Positions 41,175 through 59,930 are shown, counted from the stretch's first letter. The stretch: 64,000 bases of DNA from the human T2T-CHM13v2.0 reference genome, Homo sapiens (GCF_009914755.1 NC_060927.1), one strand, 5' to 3'. The notes: generated by a model from the sequence alone, not told the origin. A program made the numbers and translations.

Positions 41175-42067
41175 TGACCAGCCTGGTCCAGAACTCCTGA
41201 TTTCAGGTAATCCGCCCGCCTCAGCCTCCCAAAGTGCTGGGATTACAGGCGTGAGCTACCATGCCCAGCTTGCTTTCTCCTATTCCTTTGCCACAGAACA
41301 TTTTTAGAAACTCAGAGAGAGGACTATTAAGAAAAATTGTTCAAAGTGAAACTTGAAGACAACAGATTCTTCTTAGCCCTCTGCATTTACTCCTCCCCTC
41401 CCTCTTCTCAGATGCTACAGGTACTCCCCAGGAAATAATTATAAAACCAGTGATCAAGTCCAACTCCAACTGTAAGCCCCTTCTTATTAACTTCACGTTC
41501 CAAACGGTTTATTCAATCAAATGAAAACAGACTGTTAAAGTGACAGTCCTCCAACTCCCACCCTTTCCATTACACCAGACTGATCCAGTTGGTGAGAATT
41601 CCTGCCATGAGGTCAGTCATACTTACTGGGAAGAAATTCAAAGGTGTCAGAAAGAGATAGCTTATGAACTGTGACTCATCTAAAACATCCCAAAATAGTA
41701 TTATCCAGTTCAATCACACCACCACATTTGTTAGAACTGGCTATGACAACATTTTATGCTCAACGTATTTACAGGTGTTCCACCAAATCACGTAACAATT
41801 GAAAATAAATTTAGAAAATGTTGAATGAGGCTAGGCACAGTGGCTCACACCTGTAATCCCAGCACTTTGGGAGGCCGAGATGGGAGAATCACCTGAGGTC
41901 AGGAGTTTGAGATCAGCCTGGCCAACATGGTGAAACCCTGTCGCTACTAAAAATATAAGAATTAGCCAGGTGTGGCTGGGTGCAGTAGCTCACGCCTGTA
42001 ATCCCAGCACTTTGGGAGGCCGAGGCGGGCAGATCACGAGGTCAGGAGATCGAGACCATCCTGGCTA

Positions 42068-42292
<225 letters not shown>

Positions 42293-45268
42293 TTAAAATA
42301 GGTGTATCCATCTCCTCAATGCATCTCCTTCTTCAACAGTAATAATCTTTCTTTTCCTCTTTTTTATTTTTCAATCTTTTTTAGAGACAGGGTCTCACTT
42401 TGTTGCCCAGGCTAGTCTCGAGTTCCTGGGCTCAAGTGATCCTCCTGCCTCAGCCTCCCAAAACGTTAGGATTACAGGCATGAGCCACCACACCCAGCCC
42501 TTTTGGGTCAACACTTTCAGAGGACAAGGCAGGAGGATAGCTTGAGCCCAGGAGTTTGGGACCAGCCTGGGCAACAATAGCGAGACTCCAGCTCTAAAAA
42601 AAAAAAAAATTATAAAAACATAATAATTTTTTCAGTGAGTTCTGACAACTGCTTTAAAATACGTCAGTATTACACTTTACATTTTTGTAGATATATTAAG
42701 AAAAGCTCAATTTCACAAGATTGTTGCTCAGGCTAGTCTCAAACTCTTGAGCTCAGAGGACCCACTCACCTAGGCCTCCCAAAGTGTTGGGATTATAGAT
42801 AGGCATGAGCCACAGTGCCCAGCTGAGATTTTTTTTTTAAGAAAAAAAATATATATATACAGTATTCTGTTTTATGTTTACACTATATTTTCACAACACA
42901 AAATACTTCAGTTAGGTTTTTTTTCTCAAACAGGGACTCACTGTCGCCTAGGCTGGAGTGCAGTGGCATGATTATAGCCCACTGCAGCCTCAACCTCCTG
43001 GGCTCAAGAGATCCTCCTACCTCAGCCTCCCAAAGTAGCTGGGACCACAGGCATGCACCACCACACCAAGCTAATTTTTTTTTATTTTTTGTAGACGGCT
43101 CTCACCATGTTGTCCAGGCTGGTCTCAAACTCCTGGGCTCAAGGACTCCTCTAGCCTCAGCCACCCAAAATGCTAAGATTATAAGCATGAACCACTGCAC
43201 CCAGCCTTTCTCTTTAGGAAAAAAAAAAGAGAAAGAGATATTGATGGGATTTCGCTCTATCACTCAGGCTAGAGTGCAGCAGTAGTACTACTGTAACTCA
43301 TGGCAGCCTCTAACTCCTGGGATCAAGTGATCCTCCTGGGTCAGCTCCCAAGTAGTTGGGACCACAATCACACACCACCATGCACGACTAATTTTTAGTT
43401 TTTCTGATAAATAGGGTCTCAATATGTTGCTCAAGCTGGTCTCAAACTCCTTGCCTCATGTGACCCTCCTACTTCAGTCTCCCAAGTAGTCTGGATTACA
43501 GGCATGAGCCAGTGTGCCCAGCTAAATATGTACTGTTCACTGTACATTGGCCATACTTCAGCAAAGCTGTAGGACACATTACAGGGAGAGAGAGAAAGAT
43601 GAAAAAAGTAAAAATATAGAAAAAATAAATAAATGAAACATCAATCAAATAAATAAGTACAATGTCAGTGAACTCAGGTTTCTACCTACGAATCCACATG
43701 GTACGGAGTACAAACCTGCACTGAAGTTGATCATATAGCTTTCCAGAGCCTTGCCCACCACCTGGTCCAGCATGCCCTCTGCCTGGAATACTAGTCCATG
43801 TCTCCAGCACAGCAGCCCATATTCTGCAGCCTACTGAGCTCTATCTAACTGGTCATGCTACATCATGTAGGCTCACTGCCCTTGCACATGAATTATAAAG
43901 GCCAGAAGCTAGCTAACTAGATTTTTCAGATTTAACTATTCTTCTACAGTAATTTGTTTTATCCACACGTATGTGGCTGAGCAGTTCAGTTAGACTATTT
44001 GTTTTCTCCATGTTGGCAAATTATTTCCTACATGGCCCCCAAGTTACAAGAATATCTATGAGTTCATTAGTACAAAATTCAAAAACAAGCAAAACATAAT
44101 ACTATATTATTCAGGGATGCACACTAACACAGTGATACCTATAAAGAAAAGCAAGGAGGCCAGGCGCGGTGGCTCACGCCTGTAATCCCAGCACTTTGGG
44201 AGGCTGAGGCAGGCAGACCACCTGAGGTCGGGAGTTCAAGACCAGCCTGAACAACATGGAGAAACCCTGTCTCTACCAAAAATGCAAAATTAGCCGGGCG
44301 TGGTGGCGCATGCCTGTAATCCCAGCTAGTCAGGAGGCTGAAGCAAAAGAACCGCTTGAACTCGGGAGGCAGAGGTTGCAGTAAGCCGAGATCGTGCCAT
44401 TGCACGCCAGCCTGAGCAACAAGAGAGAAACTCTGTCTCAAAAACAAAAACATACAAAAAAAAAAACGGCAAGGAAAAGATTATCTGTGGGGAAAAAGAG
44501 GAGTTTATGGTTGGGGAAGGAACACATACGTTTGTTAGGGTTGTTAGCAATTTCTGACCTGGACTGTGGTTAAATGGATGTTCTCTTTATAATTATTTAA
44601 GTCAAAATTTATTTTACTCACTTTCTATATATTTTACAATAGGAAGTTGTTTAAAAAAAAAAAGAAAGAAACTAAACCATTATTCCACAAGTAAATTTCC
44701 TACACTATTTTGCTTAAACAGGTGCTCATATTCCACTTTCATCAGACAGAGTTCTAAGCTACAAACTCAAATGCTCACTTCAAATATATATACAACACTT
44801 ACGGTCTCCTTCCTAGTCCCATGTTCCCAAAGATAGTCTCTCCATTCTGAAATTCATACAACAGCAGAGTGAAATCAGTTCAGGAATATAATATTCTACA
44901 TTTTTCCTCCAGTTGCAAATTAATTTTTTTTTTTTTTTGAGATGGAGTCTCACTCTGTCGCCCAGGCTGGAGTACAGTGGCATGATCTTGGCTCACTGCA
45001 ACCTCCGCCTCCTGGGGGCTAGCAGTTCTCCTGCCTCAGCCTCCCGAGCAGCTGGGATTACAGGCGCCTGCCACCACACCCGGGTAATTTTTGTATTTGT
45101 AGTAGAGACAGGGTTTCACCATGTTGGCCAGGCTGGTTTCGAACTCCTGACCTCAGGTGATCCACCTACCTCAGCCTCCCAAAGTGCTGGGATTACAGGC
45201 GTGAGCCACTGCCCCCAGCCTAAATGATTTTTTTAAGTGCAATGACAGGTTTACAATTTTGGGCATAA

Positions 45269-45323
45269 GGGTACATGTTCTCAAGATCTCCTGGAGCTGT
45301 GTCACGTAAAAAAGAAAACAAAA
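45269..45323 (+). mobile_element. ~38-nt MER4-group (LTR8/MER4-like) LTR snippet with an A-rich tail
   Basis: GGGTACATGTTCTCAAGATCTCCTGGAGCTGTGTCACG followed by TAAAAAAGAAAACAAAA. Confidence 0.6.
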
Positions 45324-46090
45324 TCTTGGATATCTCCCAAACACAATTAAAATCCAGTTACTTGAGACTCTCACTTAACCTTCTATATTTCTTACTCTCA
45401 GAGCTTTCCTGTTTTTTTAAACACAGATGCTTATAATCCATTTTAAAATGCAGAATAAAAAAACAGCTCTAGGCCGGGCACTGTGGCTCATGTCTGTAAA
45501 CCCAGGACTTTGGGGGGCCAAGGCGGAAAGACTGCCTGAGCCCAGGAGTTCGAGAACAGTCTGGGCAACAGGGCAAAACCCTGTCTCTACAAAAAAAAAA
45601 AACAAAAATTAGCAGGGTGTAGTGGTGCATGCTTGTCCCAACTACTCAGGAGGGTGAGGTGGGAGGATCTACCTGAGTCTGGAAAGTCATGGTCGAATAT
45701 GCAGTGAGTTGAGATCATGCCACTGCACTCCAGCCTGAGTGACAGAGTGAGAGAGACCCTGTCTCAAAAAAAGAAAAACAGCTCTATCCTATTATTACAA
45801 TTATGTTTACATTATGTATGCACACGTACTAAAGCCTTGGAGGGCTTGTGGGAAAATTAGAAACTTTACTTGTAGTGAAGGTAAAATATATTTTTCTTTT
45901 TTGTTTTATACCCACATCTTCTTAGCAATTTTTTTTGTTTCAAATCATGTGTTTGGTAATGCAATATACCTTTAGCCTTAGCCTTATGAAATGCTTGGTT
46001 CTTTCTAAATCTCTCAGCATTTGATAGAACAAGAGCCAGCTGTCCGACATCCAGCATGACTTGGGAAGTTACTATATAAAGTTCCACTCT

Positions 46091-46728
<638 letters not shown>

Positions 46729-46794
46729 TCCACTCTGATTTAAAAAAAAAAAAAAAAAGTCCAAATAGTGAACTCGGCCGGGTGCGGTGGCTCA

Positions 46795-47160
<366 letters not shown>

Positions 47161-48188
47161 CTACAAGCGTGCAGGCACCACCACACCCAGATAATTTTTC
47201 TTGTATTTCTTTGTAGAGACGGGGCCTATGTTGCCCAGGCTAGTTTCAAACTCCTGGGCTCAAGAGTTTTGACCACCTTGGCCTCCCAAAGTGCTGAGAT
47301 TACAGGTGTGAGCCATGCCCAGCATAAACTCTTATACCATACTGATTACTCAGGGAAAAAACTTTTTAAAGTATGTGATTTATATGTCTCACTGAAACAT
47401 TCTTTGCTTTGTTAATTATCTATCTCATCGAATTTTGTTTTATACCATTATGGATTGTATCAATCCCTTTCATCTGGGAAAGTGTTGAACACCATTTTGA
47501 GAGGAAGGCAAGTACATCGGTTCCCAGTGGCACTAAACCAGGAATTGTTTTTAATTACGGCTTCTGCCTAAAAATATTCTTCCCTAATATTTTAAAATCT
47601 GGAACTAAATAATGGTTTAGTTCCCAGGAGTCAAATAGCCTACATATAACACTCTCTGAAAACACCATTTTTGAAAAGATTCATACATTCCTAATTAAGA
47701 ATCCCAATATAATTTCAATCGTATTATGTAAAATACTTTATATAATGTAATCTGTAATTTTACTCTAAATTATGTTACAATTAATAAAGTGCAATCAATA
47801 TGTACTATATTATAGTGAATTAAACTATTGAAAACCTCAATCAATAGCTAATTTGATAATTCTAGCCCAGTTCATAATGTAAGAGAACAGGAAATGAATA
47901 CTTTAGCTGTAAAGGAACATGGAACTTTCAAATTTTTCACACATAAAATACATAACACACACACATCCCACAGAAAATGATAATGATAAAGCAAATGGGT
48001 AAAATGTTAACTGTAGATTCTGAGTGAAGAGAAAATAAAAGTTCTTCATACTAATCTTGTAAGCTTTTACTTTTAAGTATGTTTAAATTTTTGTTATAAA
48101 AAACATCAGGCAGCTAGCTGGGAGCGGTGGCTCACATCTGTAATCCCAGCACTTTGGGAGGGAGAGGTGGGCAGATCACCTGAGGTCA

Positions 48189-48490
<302 letters not shown>

Positions 48491-48739
48491 TCAGGAGTTC
48501 AAGACCAGCCTGGCCAAGATGGTGAAACTCTGTGTCTACTAGAAAATACAAAAATTAGCCGGGCGCAGTGGCAGGTGCCTGTAATCCCAGCTACTTAGTA
48601 GAGACGGGGTTTCACCTTGTTAGCCAGGATGGTCTCGATCTCCTGACCTCGTGATCCGCCCTCCTCAGCCTCCCAAAGTGCTGGGATTACAGGCATGAGC
48701 CACCGCACTCCGCCAACCATAACACTTTTATGTGTTGCC

Positions 48740-48974
48740 ACCACTACCTGAAAATCCCATCCTCCCCCACTTAGCTGAAGAACTCACACTCAACTTTCAA
48801 GACACAATTCAAATGTCCTTTTCCACAGAAATATTTCCTGACATCACCAAGTAAGTCAAAGGCTCTACTCACACAGCTCATTAGACTGTGAGTCCCCTGA
48901 GGACAAATAATATAAAGTATTTGTTTGTATTCTTAGGACCCTGCACCTAATCAAATTCTTAACATTTGCTGAGC

Positions 48975-48975
<1 letters not shown>
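48740..48975 (+). mobile_element. L2 3' fragment
   Basis: CTTTCAAGACACAATTCAAATGTC…TTAGACTGTGAGTCCCCTGAGGACA. Confidence 0.55.
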
Positions 48976-50333
<1,358 letters not shown>

Positions 50334-50781
50334 TGATCCGCCCACCTCAGCCTCCCAAAGTGCTGGGATTACAGGCATAAGCCACGACGCCCCGCCTATT
50401 ATTTCTTATTCTCAATTATATTTGAAAGATCAGTAAGTTGTTAAACGATTTAGTGATCAAGAACAGTCCCCACAAAAAAGGTCTACTGATCATAGATTCA
50501 TACAGGCAGCTAACAGCACGCTAGAAACAACGAAAACCAAAATGAATTAAAAGACAAAAATTATGAGGAAAGATATGACAGACAATTCCTAAAAAGCTAG
50601 TATTTGTAAAATCAGAGTTCGAAAATATAAATAAAGGAGTATAAGATAGCAGAGGCTGGGCACAGTGGCTCCCACTTGTAATCCCAGTGCTCTGGGAGGC
50701 CGAGGTAGGGAAATCACTTGAGTTCAAGACCAGCGGGGCCAACACAGTGAAACCCCATATCTACTAAAAATACAAAAATTA

Positions 50782-51003
<222 letters not shown>

Positions 51004-52004
51004 TCACACCTGTACTCCCGGCACTTTGGGAGGCCGAGGTGGGTGGATCACTTGAGGCTGCGAGTTCAAGACCAGCCTGGCCAACATGGTGAAACCATGT
51101 GTCTACTAAAAATACAAAAATTAGCTGGGTGTGGTGGCGCGCACCTGTAATCCTAGCTATTCGGGAGTCTTGAGGCACAAGAATCGCTGCAGGTTGCAGT
51201 GAGCCGAAATCACACCACTGCACTCTAGCCTGGGTGACAGAGCGAGACTCTGTCTCATAAATAAATTAATTAAATAAAATAAAGATAGCAGAGAAGGGCT
51301 GGTGTGGTGGCTCGCACCAGTAATCAAAGAGCTTTCAGAGGCCAATGCAGAAGGATCGCCTTCCCGCCAAAAATTTGAGACCAGCCTGGGCAACACAGCA
51401 AGATCCCATCACTACAGAAATTTAAAAGTCACCCATATGCGCGTGGTAGCACATGCTAGTAGTCCCAGCCTCTTGGGAACCTGAGGTGGGAAGATGGCTA
51501 GAGCCGGGAGATCAAGGCTGCAGTGCGCTGTGATCAAACCACTGCACTCCAGCCTGGGCAACAGAACAAGATCCTGTCTGTAAAAACAAAAATAAAACAC
51601 ACAATTGCAAGGACACCAAAATTATATTCTCACACAACTTCAGAAGGTATCTCACCTACAAAATATAAAAAATTCCATAAATTCTATTTATGGCATAAGA
51701 GCTGCATCAGGAGAAAGCATGGAGAAGACTCGGTACGGCGAGAGGATAGGGAACTGCAACATAGTAAAATATTGTTAGGTCTTCACAATGACTGCTGCAA
51801 TATTTAATGCAAATGTTAAATGCCTCTTCAAAAAGCAGCTTCCTACAGTTAAAAAATAGTAATATTCTATAACTAAAATTTGTTTTTTGCTTTTTTTTTT
51901 TAAATTCTACACGCTAGCAGCAGCAAAGGAAAAAAGCTGGATGCTACACCTAAAAGTATACAGCAACTGAGGATGCCCAAATAACAGTAAGCTGATGTAC
52001 TTAC

Positions 52005-52124
52005 AGGGAGTTTGGTGAAGGCCGGGTTGGTGACATGCTTCCCAAAGGCATCTTCCTGGAACTGAAGAAGCTGCACCACCAGCCCAGCCAGTGTTTTATT
52101 GGTAGGAGCATCCGCATGAACATA
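52005..52124 (-). CDS. SMARCC1: SMARCC1 exon 2 ([40 protein letters not shown])
   Basis: Acceptor TCTTGCAG|TAT, donor CCT|GTAAGT; 120 nt, phase 0-0; continues the exon 1 frame. Confidence 0.98.
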
Positions 52125-52334
52125 CTGCAAGATAAAGACAGGCATTCAAAAACTAGTACAATTTTTGCAGGAGAAAATGTTGGCTTACTTCCTAGTACCT
52201 ACTAAGTACTTACGTTATGGGAAATTTATAGATGTCTGAGACACGCTCTGTGCTATAAAGGAGCTTACAAAAACAAATATGTGTGTGCATTTAAAAATGG
52301 TTAAGACGGTTAATTTTTTTTTTCTTTTCTTTGA

Positions 52335-52493
<159 letters not shown>

Positions 52494-52797
52494 TAGTAGA
52501 GACGGGGTTTCACCACATTGGATAGGCTAGCCTCAAACTCCTGACCTCATGTGACCTGCCCCTGCCTCGACCTCACAAAGATAAATCTCCTGTGTTTTTT
52601 ACCAAAAAAAAAAAAAAAAAGTGAAATATTATCCATATTAATGTAAAGAATGTCAAAAGCCCAAACCAGTAGTAGACACATCAGCTAGGAAGCTTCACAG
52701 CAAGGAAAAATAATGGGTAACACAACAAGAAAAGAATAAATTAGTGAGTTAAATGTAAAAGTTTTATTTGGCAATTACATGTTCAATATCACTTTGA

Positions 52798-53100
<303 letters not shown>

Positions 53101-54318
53101 TGAGCCACCACACTCAGCCTCAAAAAGTATTTTTAAACCTCCAATTCCAAGCAAGAAAAACATCTATACCTGCCTTTCAGTTGGACGAGAGAATTTTTAT
53201 TTTTTTATTTTTTTTTGCCGGAGCTAACTTTCGAACTACCATCCAACATTTCAAGGTTAATGTGGTATGTCTCTATTACAATAAATATTTTTTAGATGAG
53301 TGGTGTATGGTCAAAATTACATCAACTGCAAAGTCTACAATTATTATGCATAGGACAAAGGGCACACAATTTCTGCTACTACCATTGAAACTTACTTACA
53401 GCATATAAAAAGGCAATCATTTACTTTTTTTTTTTTTTTTTTGAGATGGGGTCTTCTTCCATCACTTAGCCTGAAATGACGAAACCCCGTCTCCACTAAA
53501 AAACAAATACAAAAAATTAGCTGGGTGTGGTGGCGCACACCTGTCCCCATGCACTCCAGCCTGGGTGACAGAGCCAGACTCCGTCTCAAATAATTAATTT
53601 TAAAAACTTTTTTTGTGTGTGTGTTTTTGGAGTCTCGCTCTGTCACCCAGGCTGGAGCACAGTGGCGCAATCTCTGCTCAGTGCAAGCTCTGCCTTCTGG
53701 GTTCACATCGTTCTCCTGCCTCAGCCTCCCAATAAACTGGGACTACAGGCACCCACCACCATTCCCGGCTAATTTTTTGTATTTTTAGTAGAGACGGGGT
53801 TTCACCATGTTAGCCAGGATGGTCTCGATCTCCTGACCTCGTGATCCACCCGCCTCAGCCTCCCAAAGTGCTGGGATTACAGTACTGTGCCCAGCCAATT
53901 TTAAAAACTTTAAAAACTACATACTACTTTCCCCTTCCTTATACTATATTGATAATTTGCAACAAAAACTAGCAAGCCTAGTTTTTGAAGGACCATATAC
54001 TTTTTTTTTTCAAGACAGTGGTTTCTTGCTGTCTCCCAGGATGGAATACAGTGGTGTAATGACAGCCACCGCAGCCTCAATCTCCTGGGCTCAAGTGATC
54101 CTCCTCCTCCACCTCCCAGAGAGCTAGGACTACAGAGGCGTGCCAACACATCTGGCTGATTTTTAATTTTCTGTACACAACCGTTTTCACCAACTTCTCT
54201 GGGCTAGTCTAGAACTCCTGGGTTCAAGTGATTCTCTCACTTTGGCCTCCCAAAAAGTACTGGGATTAGAGGCATAAGGTACTGCACCTGGCCCATATAC
54301 TTTCAAGTGAAAATTTGA

Positions 54319-54553
<235 letters not shown>

Positions 54554-54773
54554 TAGTCAGGATGGTCTCGATCTCCTGACCTCGTGATTCGCCTGCCTCG
54601 GCCTCCCAAAGTGCTGGGATTACAGGTGTGAGCCACCGCGCCCAGCCCCGTAAATTTTTAATAAACGGTATTCAAGGGCCAGGCGCGGTGGTGGCTCACA
54701 CCTGGAATCCCAGCACTTTGGGAGGCCGAGGCGGGCGAATCACGAGGTCAGGAGATCAAGACCAACCTGACTA

Positions 54774-55019
<246 letters not shown>

Positions 55020-55094
55020 CTATGTACCCACAAAAATTAAAAATTAAAACTCTGGCCGGATGCAGTGACTCATGCCTGTAATCCCAGCACTTTA

Positions 55095-55412
<318 letters not shown>

Positions 55413-55869
55413 TCATAATCTTTAATAAGCACAGGTTTCCTAAAGGAGTCATATAATGTACTGCACTTTTTTTGTACACGGTAAAGCAACATAAAAAAAT
55501 AATGACCGGCTGTGCACGGAGGATCACACCCATAATCTCAGAACTTTGGGAGGCCGCGGCGGGTGGACCACTTGAGGTCAGGAGTTTGAGACGAGCCTGG
55601 CCAACATGGCCAAACTCCATCTCTACTAAAAAAATACAAAAACTACCCAGGCAGAGTGGCACACACCTGTAATTCCAGCTACTCAGGAGGCTGAGGCAGG
55701 AAAATTGCTTGAACCCAGGAGACAGAGGTTGCAGCAAGCCAAGAGCGTGCCACGCACTCCAGCCTGGGTGACCCAGTGAGACTGTCTCAAAAATAATAAC
55801 TACAATCTGTATTTTACAGATTAACTAAACAATGCCAAACTCTATAGCTGAAAAAGACAATGTCCTTGA

Positions 55870-56331
<462 letters not shown>

Positions 56332-57077
56332 TAATCTCGGCTCACTTGCAGCCTCTGCCCACCGGGTTCCAGCGATTCTCCTGCCTCAGCCTCCTGGGTA
56401 GCTGGGATTACAGGCGCACGCCACCACGCCTGGCTAATTTTTGTATTTTTGGTAGAGACGGGGTTGCACCATGTTGGCCAGGCTGGTCTCAAACTCCCGA
56501 CCTCAGGTGATCTGCCCGCCTTGGCCTCCCAAAGTGCTGGGATTACAGGCGTGAGACACCATGCCCGGCCTATATTTTTAATAACTACAGTGAATATAGG
56601 CCGGGTGCAGTGGCTCATGACTGTAATCCCAGTACTTTGGGAGGACGAGGTTAGAGGACTACTTTGAGTCCAGAAATTTGAGACCAGTCTGGGCAACACA
56701 GTAAGACCCTGTCTCTATTTATGTATTTATTTTTTGAGACACTTTCGCTCTGTAGCCTAGGCTGGAGTGCAATGGCCCGATCTCAGCTCACTACAACCTC
56801 CACCTCCCAGGTTTGAGTGATTCTCCTGCCTCAGTCTCCTGAGTAGCTGGGACTACAGTCATGTGCCACCACACCCGGCTAATTTTTGCATTTTTAGTAG
56901 AGCAGAAGTTTCACCACATTGGCCAGGCTGGTCTCGAACTCCTGACCTCAGGTGATCCACCGGCCTCGGTCTCCCAAGGTGCTGGGATTACAGGTGTGAG
57001 CCACAGCCCCCAGTCTCAGTCCAATTTTTAATAAACTATAAAATATTTAATTCTGATTAGATTTTTTTTCCAAATCA

Positions 57078-57245
<168 letters not shown>

Positions 57246-58194
57246 TTAGCAGAGCGTGGTGGCGGGTGCCTGTAATCCCAGCTACTCAAGAGGCTGGGGT
57301 AGAAGAATCACTTCAACTTGGGAGGCCGAGGTCACACCACTGCACTCCAGCTTGGGCAGAAGAGCGAGACTCCATCTCAAAAAAAAAAAAAAAAAAACAA
57401 AAAACAAAAAAAACACTGACTCCTAATTAAGAAATTTTAATTTCTATGTCATAAACAATTAATCTGGTTTTTTTTTGTTTTTGTTTTTTGTTTTGTTTTG
57501 TTTCGTTTTGTTTTGAGACAAGGTCTCGCTCTGTTGCCCAGGCTGGAGTGCAATGGTGCCAACACAGTTCACCGCAGCCTCGACCTCCTAGGCTCAAGTG
57601 ATCCTCCAAGGACCCTGCCTCAGCCAAGTAGCTGGGACTACACGTGCATGCCACCACAACTGATGTATTTTTTTGTTTTGTTTTGTTTTGAGACAGGGTC
57701 TCATCATGTTGCCCAAGCTGGTCTCCAAATCCTGGGCTCAAATGAACCTCCCACCTGGAATTCCCAAGTGCTGGGATTACGGACGCAAGCCACTGCACCT
57801 GGCCCAATTAATCTTTTGATCAAAAAAAGTCTATTATATTTTATTTAAGAAAACAAAAATTTATTAGTCTCAAAATATTTCAAGTAAGAGTCAGTGTGGG
57901 CCAAGTGTGGTGGCTCACACTTGTAAGCCCTGCACTTTGGGAGGCTGAGGCAGGCAGAGAGCCCAGGAGTTCGAGACCAGCCTGGGCAACACTGCAAAAC
58001 CCTGCCTCTACTGATAATACAAAAAATTAACCAGGTGTGGTGGTTCGTGCCTGTAGTCCCAGGTACTCAGGAGGCTGAGGTGGGAGAATCACCTGAGCCC
58101 AGGAGGTTGAGGCTGCAGTGTGCTATGATCTCACCACTGCACTCCAGCCTGGGCAACACAGAAAGACCCTGTCTCAAAAAAAAAAGAAAATTCC

Positions 58195-58330
58195 TAAATG
58201 AAGTCTCAGGTATCTTCCATTTGAAAAAGAAGGTAAATAATATCTATCATTTAGGACTGCTATGAGGACTTTAAGTGAGTTATACTTTAAGTACCCGGCA
58301 CATGGTAAATGCTCAGTTGTTCACTGAATG
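58195..58330 (+). mobile_element. MIR SINE
   Basis: GTCTCAGGTATCTTCCATTTGAAAAAGAAGGTAAATAATATCTATC…CCGGCACATGGTAAATGCTCA. Confidence 0.6.
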
Positions 58331-59328
58331 CATGAGCTGAATGCAAGAGTTTGAGGTTGCAGTGAGCTATGATCACACCACTGTACTCCAGCCTGGGCAA
58401 CACAGAAAGACCCTGTCTCAAAAAAATAAAGTAAAATAAAAATAAATAAAAAATGACACTAACAAAATCATGTTTACTGAGACTGAAACTGTTGTCTGCT
58501 CTGAAAATGCAGTATTAAATGCACTAGAAACGGTTAGTTAAAACCAATGCGTACACCAAATAGAAATGCACTGTGTAGAAAAGAAGCAAAGAACTTTGTG
58601 ATAATATTTTCACCACTTCAACGCTAACACCCAGAGACTGAAAAGATTCTGGCTGTCAGGCCTAGGGTATATACGTTTCTCAATCTCAGTAGACCCTAGA
58701 AATACACTCTGGCTTTACAAAGTCCTGAGAAGTCAAAGGTAACTTTGTCTATAAAGTCTCAGGGATAGTGAATCAACATTAGCCTAGTGGTCTCAATACT
58801 GCTGGGCAATTCCTCAAACTGCTTTGTAGCCACTTCCCTACCCACCCAAACAAATATCGAAGGATTATCCATGTCTAAAGCTTCTTGTAGTTGATCCCAA
58901 ACTGATGCACACTGAACAGTGCGGAGAGGTAGAAATTACTGAAATTTGCCTTTTTCTACTCTCTTCCTTGATATTATTCAAAGGAATATGCCTGTAGATT
59001 ATTTTTCTTTGTTAAAGCTTCACTGAATTTAAGACCCAAAGCATTGGCTAAAAGGAATGTAATAAAGAAGAATTAACCAATATTTTCATAACATATTCAA
59101 TTCCATTAGCCACTTCTGGAAGCTCTATTACTTACATTTAAAAAGTGACCAATTTATCACTGTGTAAGAAAGGGCAATATTACTAAAAATCTACAGTCTA
59201 AATGTAATTTCAGAGGAGGAAAAGTCCAGACACCTAAAAATATAATTACTGTCTCTCACTTCCTCAAACTTCAGATAAGAAATGTAATTTTTCTAGCTGA
59301 CCTTCAAAAACAAGAAAGAAAGAAATGA

Positions 59329-59586
<258 letters not shown>

Positions 59587-59764
59587 TGACCTCAGGTGAT
59601 CCACCCGCCCGGCCTTCCAAGCCGCGCCCGGCCAGAAATGGTCATTTCTGAATGTACCACGTGTAATGCCAAAGGAACCCAAGATCCCTGCCCATGCCTA
59701 ATAACTGCCAAACACTGACAGGCTTCACTGAGCTGCTGAGGCCAAAAAAATAGGTTCCTAAACT

Positions 59765-59930
59765 AGTTTATGTTTTCATTCATTCAACAAATATTTACTA
59801 AGCAGCCACTAAGGGTAAGGCAATAAGTATCAGCCACGTTCCCGGATACACTGCAGTGAACAAAGCCCTTGCTTCAGTGCTATGATTCTCAATAGGAGAA
59901 AGTACAGAACTAAAGAGGGTGATAGGAAAA
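59765..59930 (-). mobile_element. L2 3' end
   Basis: TTCATTCATTCAACAAATATTTACTAAGC…GATACACTGCAGTGAACAAAG. Confidence 0.65.

Noticed and set aside
42764-42772. Consensus donor UAG|GUGAGU in a sense Alu monomer
   Set aside because: No credible acceptor at exon distance upstream
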